64,000 nucleotides of DNA, taken from Anthoceros angustus. Taxonomy: Eukaryota; Plantae; Anthocerotophyta. The position numbers were made by a program, and so were the translations under genes. Numbering within the stretch: position 1 is the first letter of the stretch; each line of letters opens with the position of its first letter. The notes beneath the pieces are model-generated. The model was not told where the DNA came from. It did no database searches and saw only the letters and a program-made list of their open reading frames with translations. The DNA lies in contig VJWM01000106.1 of assembly GCA_010909165.1 (NCBI GenBank), forward strand, positions 682,001 through 746,000. Reading direction: 5' to 3'. Below are positions 61,901 through 64,000 of the stretch, piece after piece.

Positions 61901-64000
61901 GCTCCACTGGTATCTACTCCAACATTCGGAAACATTAGAGCCTTGTCGTCAAGCATTTGATGCAGCACATGTCCAAGACAAGGACTTCAAGACATGGTTG
62001 AGGGAGACATCCGTGACTGGTGAATGGGATCACATGCCCAACTCAGCGGTGATTGCTGCAATTGCCAACGGGCCACGTTTGAAAGTAAAGTCCTATCGTG
62101 GCTTGGATTCTCATGGCTATCACTACCGGACTATTGAGGCGGATGAAAATCGGAAGCGACAGGACTCATGGGTTTACGGACGATTTCACATTCGCCAAGT
62201 ATCGGCAGTATTACGGCGCATCCGCGAAATTCTAGATGTACGGTGCGATGGAGGGGCGTTCGGTTTTCATCTTGATGTGGAGTGGTATGAATGTGACATC
62301 AGCGAGAGCCACCATCGTTGAAGCGGGATTTCTGGGTTCCATGTTGTGGACACGAGGCGGCCTTACGTTATCATCGCGATGCCGTGGGCCATTCACATTT
62401 CACGCACATTTGAAGCGGTCTTGGCACATCCGATGTCATGCCCGCAAAAACTGGCCGGATGATCGCACCAATTCTCCCAAAATCGATGGGCGGAGTGAAT
62501 TCAACTTTTAATTATTCGGACATTACGAGTTTGATAGCCTCGAGCTTGCTTCCAACACTCTCTACACATCGACCGGTCCGAGCAAATTGCTTAAACAGAA
62601 AATGCTTGTAGCTATGCGTGCCCTTTCCACTAGCCATATGTCGCATCATCAAGAGCATGTCCGTTTTGTCTAACACGTTCAAAATCCACGATCGATCAAG
62701 TTCGGATGTCATGCCGGTGGAACCAACAACAATCGCTTGCAAGCCACACCTCGAGCTTTTCAAGACATCTAGGAACTCGCCGAATGCTTACTCCTTTCGC
62801 AATGCCTTGCCCACATCTTTGTGTCCTCCACCGCAAGATTTTCAATCCCTACATGGAGTCGGAGGGCTCCGGGCGCCGACCCAACTCGGACTTCACAAGC
62901 GGAATGTTGTGAGCGGCATTGGCACACTTATTCCTAAGACCTTGTCAAGTTCAAGCTTTAGAGCTATGGCGGACTTCAACCTCAAAGTGACGTCGTCGCG
63001 GCTTAGTGTTCGATCGTATTCTCAAACTCGCTCCCAATCGACAAGCCAAACTTCATTTGCCTCCCAATTTTCAACGAGCCTCTTGCCACGGCTGGTCCTT
63101 TTCTTATCCGAATCCTTTGAAATTGCTGCACCTTGTCTTCATGTTCAAGCGGCGAGGAACCCGGCACGCCATCCGCCACCACCTCTGGATGGCTATGTGA
63201 AGGTGCATCACCGCTTGAACGGCGGATGCTGACTTCGCACAGGCTTTGTTTGTGGCTCTCCATTGCCCTCCACGGTTGCACCAGCCACGAGCTTCATAAG
63301 TTGAAGGTGTGGCCCGCATTAGCAGCAACGGCTCACAAATTTACGTCACGGGTATCCGTATTCACAATGAGAATGGCGTGCGGTGGCGGTTGGCGGTGAC
63401 ATGTTGTGAGCTGCCTTCACGGTGACGGTATGCTCACGCGAACTCCGGAGTAAGCCTAAATGCGGAAGGCGCGTGCGATGCGTAACGGTCGTAATCCATG
63501 CCATGCACGGACGTGAAGATAGGGGTGGGGCGCCAATGTCATTGTCCGGACATCCGATGAGGAGCGTGTAAATGGATTACAATTTGAAATTGCGGGGAAG
63601 AAGGCAATGGAGCTGGGCATGACGTCATGCTCGATCGCAAGTTTGATGGGAAAATGTGCCGCCGCCTATTGCCAATCTACGGAGGAGATCGGATGTGACA
63701 AGCGCCAAATTTTCTTTGCACAACGACGGCATGTCGAAATGGCGCGAGATTGGGGGTGGGATGGTGACATGGGTACCCCGATCAAGACAATAATTTTGAC
63801 AAGGAGAGGAGGTCCTTGGCGAGAACATTTAGACGAGCTTGAACATGTGGCTACCACGGGAGGAGCAACCCCAAGACTTTGGACAACACGAGGAGGGACC
63901 GAGGCGGATGTAGGGATAGGCTGGCGGCCGGTGGCCGCCCTGGAAAAATGGGCTTCTCGATATGCGGTTGGCGGTATTGTCATGGGCACCGAGGCACGTT
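58961..64000 (+). mobile_element. CACTA (EnSpm) transposon inserted in copia gag, with degraded TnpD-like transposase; right end outside the window
   Basis: TIR CACTACTACAATGCAAGGGCC at 58961; transposase-associated region about 59440; Transposase_21 (NIRLGISTDGLNPG..TWPV...NLPPWM); DUF4218 (LKSHDRHILLQYLLPIALR..HWMYPMERYM..VRQRARPEGSMASGY); DUF4216-like region about 62150-62450. Confidence 0.9.

Overview
Eukaryotic nuclear DNA from a compact-genome, non-seed land plant with flagellated sperm. A hornwort (Anthoceros-like) is the best guess, inferred from a DYW:KP-type PPR, an axonemal beta-tubulin, a DYBLUP/TEX47 homologue and short introns. All family calls come from manual translation and motif recognition; no database search was run. 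Apparently intact genes: SEC12-like WD40 (-), SEC14/CRAL-TRIO (-), DYBLUP/MOT7/TEX47 (-), intronless axonemal-type beta-tubulin (-), organellar RPS16 (+), GCP2 (-) and an OCA1-like PFA-DSP phosphatase (-). Degraded genes: a PLS-PPR with a DYW:KP tail, a second PLS-PPR, two further SEC14 copies, histone H3.3 relics, a polyphenol oxidase and a divergent EF1B. Positions 11.1-27.9 kb are a complex local amplification of the SEC14 locus and an AT-rich, H3.3-carrying repeat, joined at microhomologies. An AT-rich island at 43.5-47.7 kb has Helitron-like ends and carries an orphan trypsin-like peptidase. Positions 48-64 kb are a nest of CACTA, Ty3/gypsy chromovirus, Ty1/copia and probable hAT remnants. 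No CRISPR array, rRNA or convincing tRNA was seen.
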